DNA of 64,000 nt from an uncultured Aliarcobacter sp. (GCA_963677435.1 OY781945.1:928001-992000); one strand, 5' to 3'; shown: positions 23,186-35,029, counted from the first letter of the stretch. Program-made: numbers and translations. The notes: generated by a model not told the origin, from the letters alone.

Positions 23186-24602
23186 TGTTTTGTATCCTTT
23201 TTATTGTATTCGTTGTACTTTTCCCATCTACAAATTTTACTAATTTTAATTCATTTGCTATATCTTGACCAATTACATCTTTACCCTCATAATCTCCACC
23301 TTTTACCAAAGTATGTGGTTTAACAAGTTTAATTAAGTCATAAGGTGTTTCTTCTTCAAATATTACTACAAAATCTACACTTTCAAGTGAAGCTAAAATA
23401 TAAGCTCTATCATCTTGGTTATTTATAGGTCTTGTTGGTCCTTTTAATTCTCTAACTGATTTATCAGCATTAACCCCAACAATTAAAATATCTCCATAAG
23501 TTTTTGCTTCTTCTAAATATTTTACATGACCTGCATGTAAAATATCAAAACAACCATTTGTAAAAACTATTTTTTTACCTAAGTTATGAAATTTTTCAGC
23601 TAATTTTTCAATTTCATCGAAAGTTTTTATATGTGAATTAGAGTTTGATTTATGTAAACTTGATTCATATTCATAAATTTCATCTAAAGAGGCAGTTGCA
23701 CTTCCTATTTTTCCAACTACAACACCTGCTGCTAAATTTGCAAAACTAATAGCTTCTTTAATATTAAAATCATTTCCTAAAGCAAAAGCAATTGATGCAA
23801 TAACTGTATCCCCAGCTCCGGTTACATCATAAACTTCTCTTGCAACTGTAGGTTTTATAGTTAAATCTTCATCAAAAATTGCAATTCCATTTTCACTTAA
23901 TGTAATTAATGAAACTTCTAAATTACAAATTTCTTTTAAATATTTAAGAGAATCAATTAAAGAGTTTTCATCTTTTATATTGATATTTGTAGCTTCCATC
24001 GCCTCTTTTTTATTAGGTGTTAAAGTATAAGCACCTTTATATTTACTATAATCTTTACCTTTTGGATCAACTAGAACTTTTACAGAGTTTTTATTTGCAA
24101 TCTTGATAATAGTTTGTGTTAAATTTGCTGTTAAAACACCTTTCCCATAATCTGATAATATAATTGAATCATATTTTTTAATAGTTGATTCTAGATTTTC
24201 TAATATTTTTTTAGAACTATTTTCACTTATATCATCAATACTTTCCATGTCATATCTTAATACTTGTTGTTGAGAAGCTATTAAACGACTTTTTTTAGAT
24301 GTTTTTCTATTCTCTTCAACAATTAAGCCAAAACTTGAAACATCTATTTTTTTTAGTAAATCTTTTAATTCATTAGCAACTAAATCATCTCCAATAACAC
24401 TTACTACATCTACTTTTGCTCCAAGAACAAAAAGATTGTTGATTACATTTCCTGCTCCACCAAGTACAGCACTCTCTTTTTTAACATTTACTACAGGAAC
24501 AGGTGCTTCTGGAGATATTCTTTCACAACTTCCCCATAAATAGTGATCTATCATTAAATCACCAATTACTAATATACTTGGTTTTTTATCTAATTTCTTC
24601 AT
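23169..24602 (-). CDS. hldE: Bifunctional heptose 7-phosphate kinase / heptose 1-phosphate adenylyltransferase
   Basis: [31 protein letters not shown] and VKGGDY motifs. Confidence 0.96.
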   Translation of the reverse strand: MKKLDKKPSILVIGDLMIDHYLWGSCERISPEAPVPVVNVKKESAVLGGAGNVINNLFVLGAKVDVVSVIGDDLVANELKDLLKKIDVSSFGLIVEENRKTSKKSRLIASQQQVLRYDMESIDDISENSSKKILENLESTIKKYDSIILSDYGKGVLTANLTQTIIKIANKNSVKVLVDPKGKDYSKYKGAYTLTPNKKEAMEATNINIKDENSLIDSLKYLKEICNLEVSLITLSENGIAIFDEDLTIKPTVAREVYDVTGAGDTVIASIAFALGNDFNIKEAISFANLAAGVVVGKIGSATASLDEIYEYESSLHKSNSNSHIKTFDEIEKLAEKFHNLGKKIVFTNGCFDILHAGHVKYLEEAKTYGDILIVGVNADKSVRELKGPTRPINNQDDRAYILASLESVDFVVIFEEETPYDLIKLVKPHTLVKGGDYEGKDVIGQDIANELKLVKFVDGKSTTNTIKRIQNNETSN

Positions 24603-25606
24603 TTAACTTCTTCTTGAAATGATTTTTTAATTTCAGGAATATAGGCTTTTATTCCTTCTTCCATAGAAAATTTTGCTTCATAGTTTAAATATTTTTTTGT
24701 TGATTCAATATTTGCTTGTGTGAAAAATTGGTAAGAACCAATATATGGATTTGGAATATACTCTTTTCCATTATCAATTTCTAACTCTTTTTGTAAAATA
24801 TTAACAATATCTTCAAAACTTCTAGCTTTACCAGTTCCTACATTATAAATACCAGATTTTTTTGGATTAGTTGCAAGAATATTTGCTTGAATAATATCAT
24901 CAATATAGATGAAATCTCTAAGTATTTTATCACTACCCTCAAAAAGTTTTGGAGTTAATCCTTTTAAGATTTGGTGTCCAAACTGAATTACCATTGAAGC
25001 TGTTTTATTTTTGAAAAATTCTCTTGGACCATAAACATTAAAATATTTTAATCCTACAATTGATATATCTAAATCATTTTTTAAATACTCATTCGTAACA
25101 TTATCCATCATAACTTTTGAAAATCCATATACATTATTTGGTTTTTCATATCCAATTTCAAATCTATCACTATCTCCATATGTTGCAGCACTACTTGCAT
25201 AAATCATATTTGCTTTATGTTTTATTGCAATTTTCAATAAATTCTCATATGCATTTACATTTGTTTTTATCATTAAATCTTGTTCATTTACTGTTGTATC
25301 TGAAATTGCCGCTTGATGAAAGATATAATCAAATTTATAGTTTTTTTCTAATTTCTTTAATAGATTTTTATCATTTATATCTCCACTAATAACAATTCCA
25401 CTAAATCCTAAAAGATTTTTAAAATGTCCAAAACTTTTTAAATTTCCATTAGAAAATGTTTCTCCACTTCTAAAACAATCAACTACAATAATTTTAGATT
25501 TTGGATAATTATTTTGAAAATAAAATGCAAGATTTGAACCGACAAATCCAGCTCCACCTGTAATTAAGATAGTTTTTTTATCAAAATCAATATCGTTATA
25601 TTTCAT
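24599..25606 (-). CDS. hldD: ADP-L-glycero-D-manno-heptose 6-epimerase
   Basis: GGAGFVGSN, HQAAISDTT, YASSAATYG and YQFFTQA motifs. Confidence 0.95.
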   Translation of the reverse strand: MKYNDIDFDKKTILITGGAGFVGSNLAFYFQNNYPKSKIIVVDCFRSGETFSNGNLKSFGHFKNLLGFSGIVISGDINDKNLLKKLEKNYKFDYIFHQAAISDTTVNEQDLMIKTNVNAYENLLKIAIKHKANMIYASSAATYGDSDRFEIGYEKPNNVYGFSKVMMDNVTNEYLKNDLDISIVGLKYFNVYGPREFFKNKTASMVIQFGHQILKGLTPKLFEGSDKILRDFIYIDDIIQANILATNPKKSGIYNVGTGKARSFEDIVNILQKELEIDNGKEYIPNPYIGSYQFFTQANIESTKKYLNYEAKFSMEEGIKAYIPEIKKSFQEEVK

Positions 25607-25614
25607 TATAAGCC

Positions 25615-26142
25615 TTATTTTTTAATTATATTTATTGTTTCTAGTAAACTATTCGCAATATTTGAATTTTCAGATTTATTTTTATCGTTTGAAATTAGTA
25701 TTTTATTAGGAATATTTGCATTTATAGCAGTTTGGATATCACTTGTTTTATCTCCAATAAGCCATGAATTTTCTAAATCTATATTGTTAAAATCTTTTAA
25801 TGATTGTTCAATCATTCCAGTATTTGGTTTTCTACAATTACAATTTTCATCTGGTGAATGGGGACAAAAATAGACATTCAAAATATTTATTCCATGTTTT
25901 TTAAATTCATTTTTCATCCAATCTGTAAGTTCAATAAAATCATCTTTTGAATAATATTCTCTTCCTATTCCTGATTGGTTTGTAATAATTATGATTTCAT
26001 ATCCTAATTTTATGAAATGATTGCAAGCTTCAAATACTCCATCAATAAAATCAAATTTACCAATTTTACTCACATAACCATAATCATGATTTATTACGCC
26101 ATCTCTATCTAGAAAAATTATCTTCTTTTTTGTATTTTGAAT
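25615..26142 (-). CDS. gmhB: Heptose 1,7-bisphosphate phosphatase; start extended to a non-canonical ATT
   Basis: Catalytic FLDRDGVIN lies in frame upstream of the track's GTG (26073); TNQSG, CPH..C.CRKP and IGDK.SD motifs; SD AAGGA 6 nt before ATT at 26142. Confidence 0.9.
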   Translation of the reverse strand: MQNTKKKIIFLDRDGVINHDYGYVSKIGKFDFIDGVFEACNHFIKLGYEIIIITNQSGIGREYYSKDDFIELTDWMKNEFKKHGINILNVYFCPHSPDENCNCRKPNTGMIEQSLKDFNNIDLENSWLIGDKTSDIQTAINANIPNKILISNDKNKSENSNIANSLLETINIIKK

Positions 26143-26232
26143 AAAAAATCCTTTTTATAAAATTTATTAAATATTAACATAAAGCACATTTAACTATAAT
26201 AAGTTATATGATATTTATACAGAAAGTGATAT

Positions 26233-27102
26233 ATGGACAAAACAACAATCTCATACAAAACAACAAATCTATTAATTGAAGAACTAAAAAAGCAAGATGA
26301 TATAGAAGTTTTAAAAGAAGGAAATTTTTTTACTAAACTGTTTTCTAAAAAAACATATGCTGATGTATATTTTCATTCTGGTCTTTTAGATGATAACTCT
26401 ATTGATAAAATTCAAAATTCAAAAATTACTATTACAAATACTTTTGCTTCGATGAATCAAATAATTGCAAAAACTAAAATTTCCCATGAAAAAATAAAAG
26501 TGATTTATCCAAGTATTAATGTCGAATATAAAAAGACAAAAGAGGTAAAAGCAAAATTTTGTGAAGAATTTCAAATTGATTTAAAAACAAAAATTATCTT
26601 TTTTACTGCTAAAAACTTCAAATCTTCAGGTGTAAAAGAGTTCTTAGATATTTGCTCTTCTATTACATATGAGGATTTCAAAATAATAATTGCAGGTGAT
26701 ACACAGCAAATTAATACTTTAAAATTTCAATTGCCTAAATATTCAAAGCTTGAAAATAGAATTATTATACTTGAAAATTATTCAAATATAAATGATTTGT
26801 TTTTAGTTTCTGATATATTTTTATTACCAACTTATAATAAATCTTTTTCTACAAATATTATAAAAGCAATGTTTTGTAAGTGTGCAGTTTTTTTAAATAT
26901 TGATAATGATGCAAAAGAGATTGTAGATGTTTTTGCTTCAATGGATAGCCCAACAGATCAAAGTTTAATATTTAAAATCGATGCAATTTTAAATGGAAAA
27001 GATGATTTAAAACAAATAAAAAAAGAGAATAGGAAATTAGCTTTAGAGTTTACGCTAGAGAATAATTTATCTAAATTTAATCATATACTAAGTAATGTTT
27101 AA
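26233..27102 (+). CDS. GT4-like protein with shortened N-domain and degenerate EX7E motif
   Basis: [12 protein letters not shown] and [20 protein letters not shown] align with the 20671 GT4. Confidence 0.7.
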   Translation: MDKTTISYKTTNLLIEELKKQDDIEVLKEGNFFTKLFSKKTYADVYFHSGLLDDNSIDKIQNSKITITNTFASMNQIIAKTKISHEKIKVIYPSINVEYKKTKEVKAKFCEEFQIDLKTKIIFFTAKNFKSSGVKEFLDICSSITYEDFKIIIAGDTQQINTLKFQLPKYSKLENRIIILENYSNINDLFLVSDIFLLPTYNKSFSTNIIKAMFCKCAVFLNIDNDAKEIVDVFASMDSPTDQSLIFKIDAILNGKDDLKQIKKENRKLALEFTLENNLSKFNHILSNV

Positions 27103-27163
27103 ATTTACCTTAAGAAAAACAAGGTACAATACGCAAATATTTTTCACTATAGAAGGAATACAA

Positions 27164-27352
27164 ATGTCAAGAAGATGTGCAATATCTGGAAAAGGGCCTA
27201 TGTCTGGTAACAACGTAAGTCACGCAAAAAACAGAACTAAAAGAAGATTTTTACCAAACATTAGAACAGTTAGAGTTACATTAGAAGATGGAACTACAAC
27301 TAAGTTAAAAGTTTCTGCAAAAGAGTTAAGAACTCTTAAAAAACACTCATAA
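27164..27352 (+). CDS. rpmB: 50S ribosomal protein L28
   Basis: [39 protein letters not shown] before ATG 27164. Confidence 0.97.
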   Translation: MSRRCAISGKGPMSGNNVSHAKNRTKRRFLPNIRTVRVTLEDGTTTKLKVSAKELRTLKKHS

Positions 27353-27375
27353 GAAGGCTCTAGAAAAGTGCTTTC

Positions 27376-28503
27376 ATGAGCATCTTTACTAAAGTAAAAA
27401 AGGCTATTGGCTGGGAAATAAGAACAGCCAAACCTCAATACGATTTAAATCCCTTAATATATTCACAATTAAAACCCTTTAGATTACCTCTAATTCTCAT
27501 TCAAACTGTAATGATGATAGGAACATTAGGTTATGTTTATATTGAAGACTATTCAATAATGCATGCCATTTTTCAATCAGCTTATACTTTTACCACAACT
27601 GGATTTGGAGCTTTAAACGAAGCAAATTTTAGTAACCAAGGAATAGTATTTACTGTATGTTTAATGTTAGCAGGTTTTGCAACACTAACTTTTTCTGTGG
27701 GTATCGTAATTGATGTTATAGCAAACGGTTCTTTATTAGTATTATTACGGGAGAGAAAAATGCTTTACAAAATAGCAAGATTAAGAAAACATTTCGTTAT
27801 TTGTTATCACAATGAATATACAGCGCAAGTTGCAAGACAATTCAGAGATAATCACATTCCTTTTGTTGTAGTTGATCCAAGAGAAGATATTGAAGAGATT
27901 GCTAAAGAGTATAACTATCCTTACTTTGTAAAAGAAGAACCTTATAAAGAGGTAGCCTTTTTAAAATCACACTTGAGTTCAGCAAAAGGTGCAATTTCAT
28001 TATCAAAAAATATTTCAGATAATATTACATTAATTGCATCTGTTAGACTTTATGAAAAAGAGTTAGGTCGAAATCCTTTTTTAATCATTTCAAATGCCGA
28101 AACGCAAAATGAAAAAATAAGACTTCAAAAACTTGGAGCTGATAAAGTTGTTGCAACTCCATCTCTTATGGCTAAAAGAGTTTCAGCAATGGCGATTAGG
28201 CCAGATATGGAAAATGTTCTTGATGAATTCTTATACAAAAGAGATACTCCAATAGATATGGAAGAAATTTTTGTAAATATGGATTCATGGGTTGTAAATA
28301 GAGAGATTAAAGATATTCATTTACGGGATAGATTAAAAGTTTCTATTATTGGAATTACAGAAGAAAAAGGTAAGTTTATACAAATGCCAAAAGGAACAAT
28401 GTTAATAAATGCAAATTGTAAATTATTATTAGTTGGTTCTCAAAAAGGTATTGTAAGAGCTAAAAGAATTATAAATTTAACTAAAAAACCAGAGGATATA
28501 TAA
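27376..28503 (+). CDS. Two-TM potassium channel with RCK (TrkA-N/TrkA-C) domains
   Basis: TTTGFG selectivity-filter motif between two TM helices; LGADKVV RCK segment. Confidence 0.88.
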   Translation: MSIFTKVKKAIGWEIRTAKPQYDLNPLIYSQLKPFRLPLILIQTVMMIGTLGYVYIEDYSIMHAIFQSAYTFTTTGFGALNEANFSNQGIVFTVCLMLAGFATLTFSVGIVIDVIANGSLLVLLRERKMLYKIARLRKHFVICYHNEYTAQVARQFRDNHIPFVVVDPREDIEEIAKEYNYPYFVKEEPYKEVAFLKSHLSSAKGAISLSKNISDNITLIASVRLYEKELGRNPFLIISNAETQNEKIRLQKLGADKVVATPSLMAKRVSAMAIRPDMENVLDEFLYKRDTPIDMEEIFVNMDSWVVNREIKDIHLRDRLKVSIIGITEEKGKFIQMPKGTMLINANCKLLLVGSQKGIVRAKRIINLTKKPEDI

Positions 28504-28507
28504 AATT

Positions 28508-29689
28508 ATGTTTACTATTTTACCAATCAAAGGTTATATTGATCAAATAGATGGATTTTATTGTGATGGAATTCATGCAGGACTTAAACCAAATGGAAAT
28601 AATGATTTAGGATTTATTTACACAAATGAACCTTGTACTGTTGGAGCTATTTTTACAGAAAATAGATTTCAAGCGGCACCTTTAAAACATTTTTTACAAT
28701 ATGGTGAAAATTTTAAAACAAATTTTGTTTTAATAAATTCTAAAAATGCAAATGCACTAACAGGAAAAAAAGGTATTGAAAATATCAATACACTGTTTTC
28801 TCAATTAGATTTTGGTTTAGTAAACCCAATTATGAGCTCAACTGGTGTTATTGGAAATCCATTACCTATTGATAAAATTGTTGCTGGTGCAAAAAGATTT
28901 GATTTAAATTCTAAAAATGGTGAAAATCTTAGTCGAGCTATTATGACAACAGATGCCTATGCAAAAACTTGTATGTATGAAGTAAAACTTGAAGATGGAA
29001 CTTCTTTTAAAATAGGTGCAGTTGCAAAAGGTGCTGGAATGATAAATCCAAATCTTGCAACTATGCTTTGTTTTATTTGTACAGATGCTGCAGCTCCATA
29101 TGCTGATATTATGGAAGCTTTAAAAGTAAACAGTGAAACTACATTTAATGCAATTTCAGTTGACGGAGATACTTCAACAAATGACACAGTAATGGTTTTA
29201 GCAAATGGAAATTCAAAAGCTTATGACAAAGAAGCATTTACAGAAGTTTTAAGACTTGTAATGCACGATATGGCTATGTTAATGGTTGCTGATGGTGAGG
29301 GTGCTAAAAAAGTTGCAGCATTTGAAGTTATAAATGCTGTTTCAAATGAGCAAGCAATGATTGCTGCAAAAGCTTTATCAAATTCATTATTAGTAAAAAC
29401 TGCTCTTTTTGGTGAAGATCCAAACTTTGGAAGAATTGCTTCAACTATTGGTGCTTCAAGAATTGATTGTGATGATGAAAAATTAGTAATTTCTTATAAT
29501 GATGTTGTAGTATTTAATAAAGGTGAAATTTGCTTTGATGCTACAATTGAAGCAAAAGCTGCTGATGTATTAAAAAAAGATAAATATAAAATAATTTGTG
29601 ATATTGGATTAGGTGAAGGTAAATTTACAGCTTATGGTTGTGATTTAGGTTATAAATATGTAGAAATAAATGCAGATTATAGAAGTTAA
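28508..29689 (+). CDS. argJ: Bifunctional ornithine acetyltransferase / N-acetylglutamate synthase
   Basis: STGVIG, IMTTD, KGAGMINPNLATML and DGDTSTND motifs. Confidence 0.96.
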   Translation: MFTILPIKGYIDQIDGFYCDGIHAGLKPNGNNDLGFIYTNEPCTVGAIFTENRFQAAPLKHFLQYGENFKTNFVLINSKNANALTGKKGIENINTLFSQLDFGLVNPIMSSTGVIGNPLPIDKIVAGAKRFDLNSKNGENLSRAIMTTDAYAKTCMYEVKLEDGTSFKIGAVAKGAGMINPNLATMLCFICTDAAAPYADIMEALKVNSETTFNAISVDGDTSTNDTVMVLANGNSKAYDKEAFTEVLRLVMHDMAMLMVADGEGAKKVAAFEVINAVSNEQAMIAAKALSNSLLVKTALFGEDPNFGRIASTIGASRIDCDDEKLVISYNDVVVFNKGEICFDATIEAKAADVLKKDKYKIICDIGLGEGKFTAYGCDLGYKYVEINADYRS

Positions 29690-29761
29690 TAAATAATTTT
29701 TTTACAAAAAATTAAGTACTTAGTTAGTATAATCTTTACAAATTAAAATATAGGATGCAAA

Positions 29762-29977
29762 ATGTTTCACGAATACAGAGATGTAATTACAGAATTAAAA
29801 CAAAAAGATGGACACTTTCACAAACTTTTTGAAAGACATAATGAGTTAGATGATATTATTGCAAAACTTGAAGAATCACATGCTGATCAATTCGAAATTG
29901 AAGCAAGTAAAAAAGAAAAATTAAAATTAAAAGATGAAATTTATTCTATTATTATCAAATATAAGAGTGAAAATTAA
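29762..29977 (+). CDS. YdcH/DUF465 family small protein
   Basis: EYRDVITELK..D.HF.KLF.RHN.LD and KKEKLKLKDEI. Confidence 0.85.
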   Translation: MFHEYRDVITELKQKDGHFHKLFERHNELDDIIAKLEESHADQFEIEASKKEKLKLKDEIYSIIIKYKSEN

Positions 29978-29998
29978 TTTTTTAGTTAACTAGAAAAT

Positions 29999-30033
29999 TA
30001 GGGGATGAAAGTTTAGGCTTTTGTCCCTTTTTT
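29999..30033 (+). terminator. Intrinsic terminator
   Basis: GGGGATGAAAG...CTTTTGTCCCT hairpin followed by a T tract. Confidence 0.7.
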
Positions 30034-30124
30034 TATATTTATATTTTAATAAATTTTATTACAACTTGTGCTAAGCGCATTTTAGATATAATAAAACAAT
30101 TTTATATTACAAAGGCCTTTTTTT

Positions 30125-32722
30125 ATGGAAAACCTTTTCGAAAATCAAGATATTATAGACATAAATATTGAAGACTCAGTTAAAGCTTCTTATTTAGATT
30201 ACTCAATGAGTGTTATTATAGGTAGAGCATTACCAGATGCAAAAGATGGTTTAAAACCAGTACACAGAAGAATTTTATTTGCTATGCATGATTTAAATAT
30301 TACTTCAAAATCTGCTTATAAAAAATCTGCAAGAATTGTTGGAGATGTTATCGGTAAATATCACCCACATGGTGATACTTCTGTTTATGATGCACTAGTA
30401 AGAATGGCACAAACTTTCTCAATGCGAGCACCACTTGTAGATGGTCAAGGAAACTTCGGTTCTATTGATGGAGACAGCGCTGCAGCTATGAGATATACGG
30501 AAGCTAGAATGACAAAAATAGCAGAAGAAGTTTTAAGAGATTTAGATAAAGATACTGTAAACTTTACTCCAAACTATGATGATACTATGAAAGAACCTTC
30601 AGTTCTTCCAACAAGAGTTCCAACTTTACTTCTAAATGGAAGTGAAGGTATTGCTGTTGGTATGGCTACAAAAATTCCTCCACATAATATTACTGAATTA
30701 TTAAATGCTGTTTTATACACAATTGATAATCCAGAAGCAACTGCTGATGAATTAATGCAATTTATTCAAGGACCAGATTTCCCAACAGGTGGAACAATCT
30801 TTGGTAGACGTGGAATCATTGATGCATATAATACAGGTCGAGGAAGAGTTAGAATTAGAGCTAAACATCATATTGAAACAAGAGGTAAAAAAGAGATTAT
30901 TGTTCTTGATGAATTACCTTATCAAGTTAATAAATCAAGACTAATTGAACTTATTGCAAACCTTGCAAAAGATAAACAAATTGATGGTATTTCAGAAGTT
31001 AGAGATGAATCTGATAGAGAAGGTATTAGAGTTGTAATTGAACTTAAAAAAGATGCGATGAGTGAAATAGTTCTAAACAACTTATATAAATCAACTCCAA
31101 TGGAAACTACTTTTGGAATTATTCTTTTAGCTGTTTATAATAAAGAGCCAAAAGTATTTACATTACCTCAATTATTAACTGTTTTCTTATCACATAGAAA
31201 AACTGTAATTATTAGAAGAACAATTTTTGATTTAGAAAAAGCAAAAGCAAGAGCTCATATTTTAGAGGGTTTAAAAATTGCTTTAGATAATATTGATGAA
31301 GTTGTAAAAATCATTAGAGCAAGTTCAAATGACCAAGAAGCAAAAGATAATTTACAAAATAGATTTGGTTTGAGTCCAATTCAATCACAAGCTATTTTAG
31401 ATATGAGATTAGGAAGATTAACAGGTCTTCAAAGAGATAAATTAGAAGCTGAATATCAAGAATTAATGATTTTAATTGCAGAACTTGAATCAATTTTAAA
31501 ATCTGAAGAGAAATTAAATGAAATTATAAGAGAAGAGTTAACTGATATTCAAGAAAGATTTGCAAGTGATAGAAGAACTGATATTGAAGACTCTTATGAT
31601 GAAATCGATATTGAAGATTTAATTCCAAATGAGCCAATGGTTGTTACAATTACACATAATGGTTATGTAAAAAGAGTTCCAATCAAATCTTATGAAAAAC
31701 AAAGAAGAGGTGGAAAAGGTAAAGTAGCCGTGACTACTCACGATGATGACTTTATTGAGAAATTCTTTGTAAGTAATACTCATGATACTTTAATGTTTGT
31801 TACAAATATGGGACAATTATATTGGTTAAAAGTTTATAAAATTCCAGAAGGAAGTAGAACTGCAAAAGGTAAAGCAGTTGTTAACTTAATCAACTTAAGA
31901 CCTGATGAAAAAATCATGGAAATTATTCCAACTCCTGATTTTGATGAATCTAAATCTTTAGTATTCTTTACAAGAAATGGAATTATAAAAAGAACATCAT
32001 TAAGCGAGTTCTCAAATATAAGATCAAATGGTGTAAGAGCTATTGTTCTTGATGATTTAGATGAAATTGTAACAGCAAAAATTGCAGATGTTGAAACTCA
32101 ATATCTAATGATTTTCACAAGTATGGGACAATGTATTAGATTCGAAATTGAAAAAACAAGAGATCAAGGAAGAAGTACAAGAGGAGTTAGAGGTATCAAG
32201 TTTAAACATGATATTGACTTCGTTGTAGATGCTGATGTTGTAAGTAATGAAGAGCAAGAACTTTTAACTGTATCTGAAAAAGGTATTGGAAAAAGAACAA
32301 CAGTAAGTGAATATAGACTTACAAATAGAGCAGGTTCAGGTGTTATTTCTATGAAATTATCTCCAAAAACAGGAAATGTAATTGGTGAAGTTTTAGTTGA
32401 TGATACACAAGATTTAATGTTATTAACTTCAATTGGAAAAATGATTAGAGTTGATATGCAATCAATTAGAAAAGCTGGAAGAAATACAGCTGGTGTAATT
32501 ATTGTAAATGTAGATAAAAATGATAAAGTTGTTTCTATTGCTAAATGTCCAAAAGAGGATGAAGAGATAGAACTAGATGAAAATGGTAATATTATTAGGT
32601 ATACAGAAGATGGTGAAATTTTAGAATCAATTCCATTTGATCATGATTCACATAAAACACCAACTTTATTAGATGTTATAGATGGTGATGAAGATAATTT
32701 AGAAAAAGGTGAGGAAGAGTAG
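30125..32722 (+). CDS. gyrA: DNA gyrase subunit A
   Basis: HPHGD QRDR, AAMRYTE catalytic Tyr, GyrA box QRRGGKG and acidic tail. Confidence 0.98.
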   Translation: MENLFENQDIIDINIEDSVKASYLDYSMSVIIGRALPDAKDGLKPVHRRILFAMHDLNITSKSAYKKSARIVGDVIGKYHPHGDTSVYDALVRMAQTFSMRAPLVDGQGNFGSIDGDSAAAMRYTEARMTKIAEEVLRDLDKDTVNFTPNYDDTMKEPSVLPTRVPTLLLNGSEGIAVGMATKIPPHNITELLNAVLYTIDNPEATADELMQFIQGPDFPTGGTIFGRRGIIDAYNTGRGRVRIRAKHHIETRGKKEIIVLDELPYQVNKSRLIELIANLAKDKQIDGISEVRDESDREGIRVVIELKKDAMSEIVLNNLYKSTPMETTFGIILLAVYNKEPKVFTLPQLLTVFLSHRKTVIIRRTIFDLEKAKARAHILEGLKIALDNIDEVVKIIRASSNDQEAKDNLQNRFGLSPIQSQAILDMRLGRLTGLQRDKLEAEYQELMILIAELESILKSEEKLNEIIREELTDIQERFASDRRTDIEDSYDEIDIEDLIPNEPMVVTITHNGYVKRVPIKSYEKQRRGGKGKVAVTTHDDDFIEKFFVSNTHDTLMFVTNMGQLYWLKVYKIPEGSRTAKGKAVVNLINLRPDEKIMEIIPTPDFDESKSLVFFTRNGIIKRTSLSEFSNIRSNGVRAIVLDDLDEIVTAKIADVETQYLMIFTSMGQCIRFEIEKTRDQGRSTRGVRGIKFKHDIDFVVDADVVSNEEQELLTVSEKGIGKRTTVSEYRLTNRAGSGVISMKLSPKTGNVIGEVLVDDTQDLMLLTSIGKMIRVDMQSIRKAGRNTAGVIIVNVDKNDKVVSIAKCPKEDEEIELDENGNIIRYTEDGEILESIPFDHDSHKTPTLLDVIDGDEDNLEKGEEE

Positions 32723-32726
32723 AAAG

Positions 32727-33764
32727 ATGAGAAAGTTTAATGTTGCAGTTGTTGGAGCTACTGGTGCAGTTGGTGAAGAATTATTCAGAGTTTTAGAAGA
32801 GTATGATTTTCCTATTAATAAATTAATTCCATTAGCTAGTTCAAGAAGTGCTGGTTCAAAAGTAGAATATAAAAATAAAGAGATTACAGTTTTAGAGTTA
32901 ACTGAAACTTGTTTTGAAGAAAATGATATTGAAATTGCATTTTTTAGTGCAGGTGGAAGTGTTTCAGAAAAATTTGCAAAATTTGCAGTAGAAGCAGGGG
33001 CAGTGGTAATTGATAATACAAGTCACTTTAGAATGGATCCAACAGTTCCTTTGGTTGTACCTGAAGTAAATCCAGAAGATATAGCGTTATGGAGAGAATC
33101 AGGAATCATTGCAAATCCAAATTGTTCAACTATTCAAATGGTTTTATCATTAAAACCACTTGATGAATTATATGGAATTAAAAGAGTTGATGTATCAACT
33201 TATCAAGCAGTTTCTGGTGCTGGTAAAACGGGGATGGAAGAACTTGTAAAACAAATGCAAGCATTTTTCACATTCAAATTAGATGAAGCAGAAGTTAAAG
33301 CTTTCCCTCATCAAATTGCTTTAAATGTAATTCCACAAATTGATATAGCTCAAGATAATGGTTTCACAAAAGAAGAGATGAAAATGGTTAAAGAGACTCA
33401 AAAAATTATGCACAAAGAGATGCAAATTGCAGCTACTTGTGTAAGAGTTCCAGTTTTAAGATCTCATAGTGAATCAATTACAGTTACTTTTGCAGATAAT
33501 GTGGATGTTGATTTAGATAAAGTTAAAGAGGTATTAAACAACTTTGAAAATGTAGAAGTTATTGATGATTTAGCAAATAAAAAATATCCAATGCCAATCA
33601 TTTCAACAGATACAGATATTACATATGTTGGAAGAATTAGAAAAGATATTTATGCTTCAAATATGATTCATTACTTCAATGTTGCAGACCAAGTAAGAGT
33701 TGGAGCTGCTACAAATGCAGTTAGAATTGCTCTTAAATGGGCTGATATGGAAAATGACATCTAA
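32727..33764 (+). CDS. asd: Aspartate-semialdehyde dehydrogenase
   Basis: GATGAVG, ANPNCST, YQAVSGAG and CVRVPV motifs; ATG at 32727. Confidence 0.96.
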   Translation: MRKFNVAVVGATGAVGEELFRVLEEYDFPINKLIPLASSRSAGSKVEYKNKEITVLELTETCFEENDIEIAFFSAGGSVSEKFAKFAVEAGAVVIDNTSHFRMDPTVPLVVPEVNPEDIALWRESGIIANPNCSTIQMVLSLKPLDELYGIKRVDVSTYQAVSGAGKTGMEELVKQMQAFFTFKLDEAEVKAFPHQIALNVIPQIDIAQDNGFTKEEMKMVKETQKIMHKEMQIAATCVRVPVLRSHSESITVTFADNVDVDLDKVKEVLNNFENVEVIDDLANKKYPMPIISTDTDITYVGRIRKDIYASNMIHYFNVADQVRVGAATNAVRIALKWADMENDI

Positions 33765-33988
33765 TATTATTAGAAAATCTTTGAAAATATAATTTATAAA
33801 TTAAACTTTTATTATAGATTCAAAGATATCTTTTTGTTTTAACTTATACTATAGACTTGTATAAAATATTATCCACAGGACTTTACTTTTTAGGTAAAGT
33901 TGGAAAACATTAAATTTTTTCTTACTTTTGAAAAAGTAAATATATAAATATTGGTCCCTTAAAAATAGGGACTATTTTAAGGATAAAA

Positions 33989-35020
33989 ATGTCAAAAATC
34001 TTTGTTGATGCATGTTTTAGAAAACCAACTCCATATACACCAGTTTGGATGATGAGACAAGCAGGAAGATACCTTCCTGAATATATGAAAGTAAGAGCTC
34101 AAGCTGGAAACTTTTTAAATCTTTGTCATAATCCTGAACTTGCTGCTGAGGTTACTATTCAACCACTTGATATTGTAGGTGTTGATGCTGCAATTTTATT
34201 TTCAGATATTTTAGTAGTTCCAAATGAAATGGGAATGCACCTTGATTTTATTAAAGGTGAAGGTCCAATTTTTAAAGACCCAATAGTAAATGAAGTTGAT
34301 GTTGACGCTCTTTTAGGTGGAGAAGATGCTGCTGATAAATTAACTTATGTTTACGAAACAATTAAAATTTTAAAACAAAGATTGCCAGAAGATAAGGCAC
34401 TTATTGGTTTCACAGGTGCTCCTTGGACATTAGCAACATATATGATTGAAGGTCAAGGAACAAAAACATATAATCTTTGTAAAAAAATGATGTATTCAAA
34501 TCCTGAACTGTTACATAAGATATTAAAAAAAGTAACTGAAGTTGTAAAATTTTATATGGAAAAACAAATTCAATCAGGTATTGATGTTGTTCAAATCTTT
34601 GATTCTTGGGCATCTGCAATTGAACCTGCAATGTATGATGAATTTTCATGGAAATATATGGTTGAGATTTCGGAATATTTAAAAGAAAAATATCCCCATA
34701 TTCCAGTAATTATGTTCCCAAAAGGAATTCCAGCATTTTTAGATAAAGTTTATGGAAACTTTGATGTGTTTGGTGTTGATTGGGGAACTCCTATGGCTCT
34801 TGCAAAAGAGAAACTAGGAAGTAAGTATGTACTTCAAGGAAATATGGAACCTTGTAGATTATATTCAAAAGAGCAAACAACAATATGTGTTGAAGCTTTA
34901 CAAAATATAATGCAAGGTGAAGGTCACATCTTTAATCTTGGACATGGAATATTACCAGATGTTCCAGTTGAAAATGCAATTCACTTTGTAAAAGAGTGTC
35001 AAAGAGTAAGTAAAAAATAA
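33989..35020 (+). CDS. hemE: Uroporphyrinogen decarboxylase
   Basis: [20 protein letters not shown] and IFNLGHG motifs. Confidence 0.97.
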   Translation: MSKIFVDACFRKPTPYTPVWMMRQAGRYLPEYMKVRAQAGNFLNLCHNPELAAEVTIQPLDIVGVDAAILFSDILVVPNEMGMHLDFIKGEGPIFKDPIVNEVDVDALLGGEDAADKLTYVYETIKILKQRLPEDKALIGFTGAPWTLATYMIEGQGTKTYNLCKKMMYSNPELLHKILKKVTEVVKFYMEKQIQSGIDVVQIFDSWASAIEPAMYDEFSWKYMVEISEYLKEKYPHIPVIMFPKGIPAFLDKVYGNFDVFGVDWGTPMALAKEKLGSKYVLQGNMEPCRLYSKEQTTICVEALQNIMQGEGHIFNLGHGILPDVPVENAIHFVKECQRVSKK

Positions 35021-35029
35021 CTAATCCAA

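Noticed and set aside
5385..27102. Poly-G/C phase-variable tracts in LOS genes
   Set aside because: I saw no long G or C run; A runs such as 14490-14498 are expected at this AT content.
27095..27163. N-terminal extensions of rpmB, glnS (40249), the 63479 HTH and the 46433 ORF given by the track
   Set aside because: Downstream ATGs match the family N-termini and mostly carry clear SDs; the extensions run through promoter DNA.
33869..33877. oriC suggested by a DnaA box
   Set aside because: Single box, no cluster and no dnaA; the same 9-mer also occurs inside proA (61979-61987).
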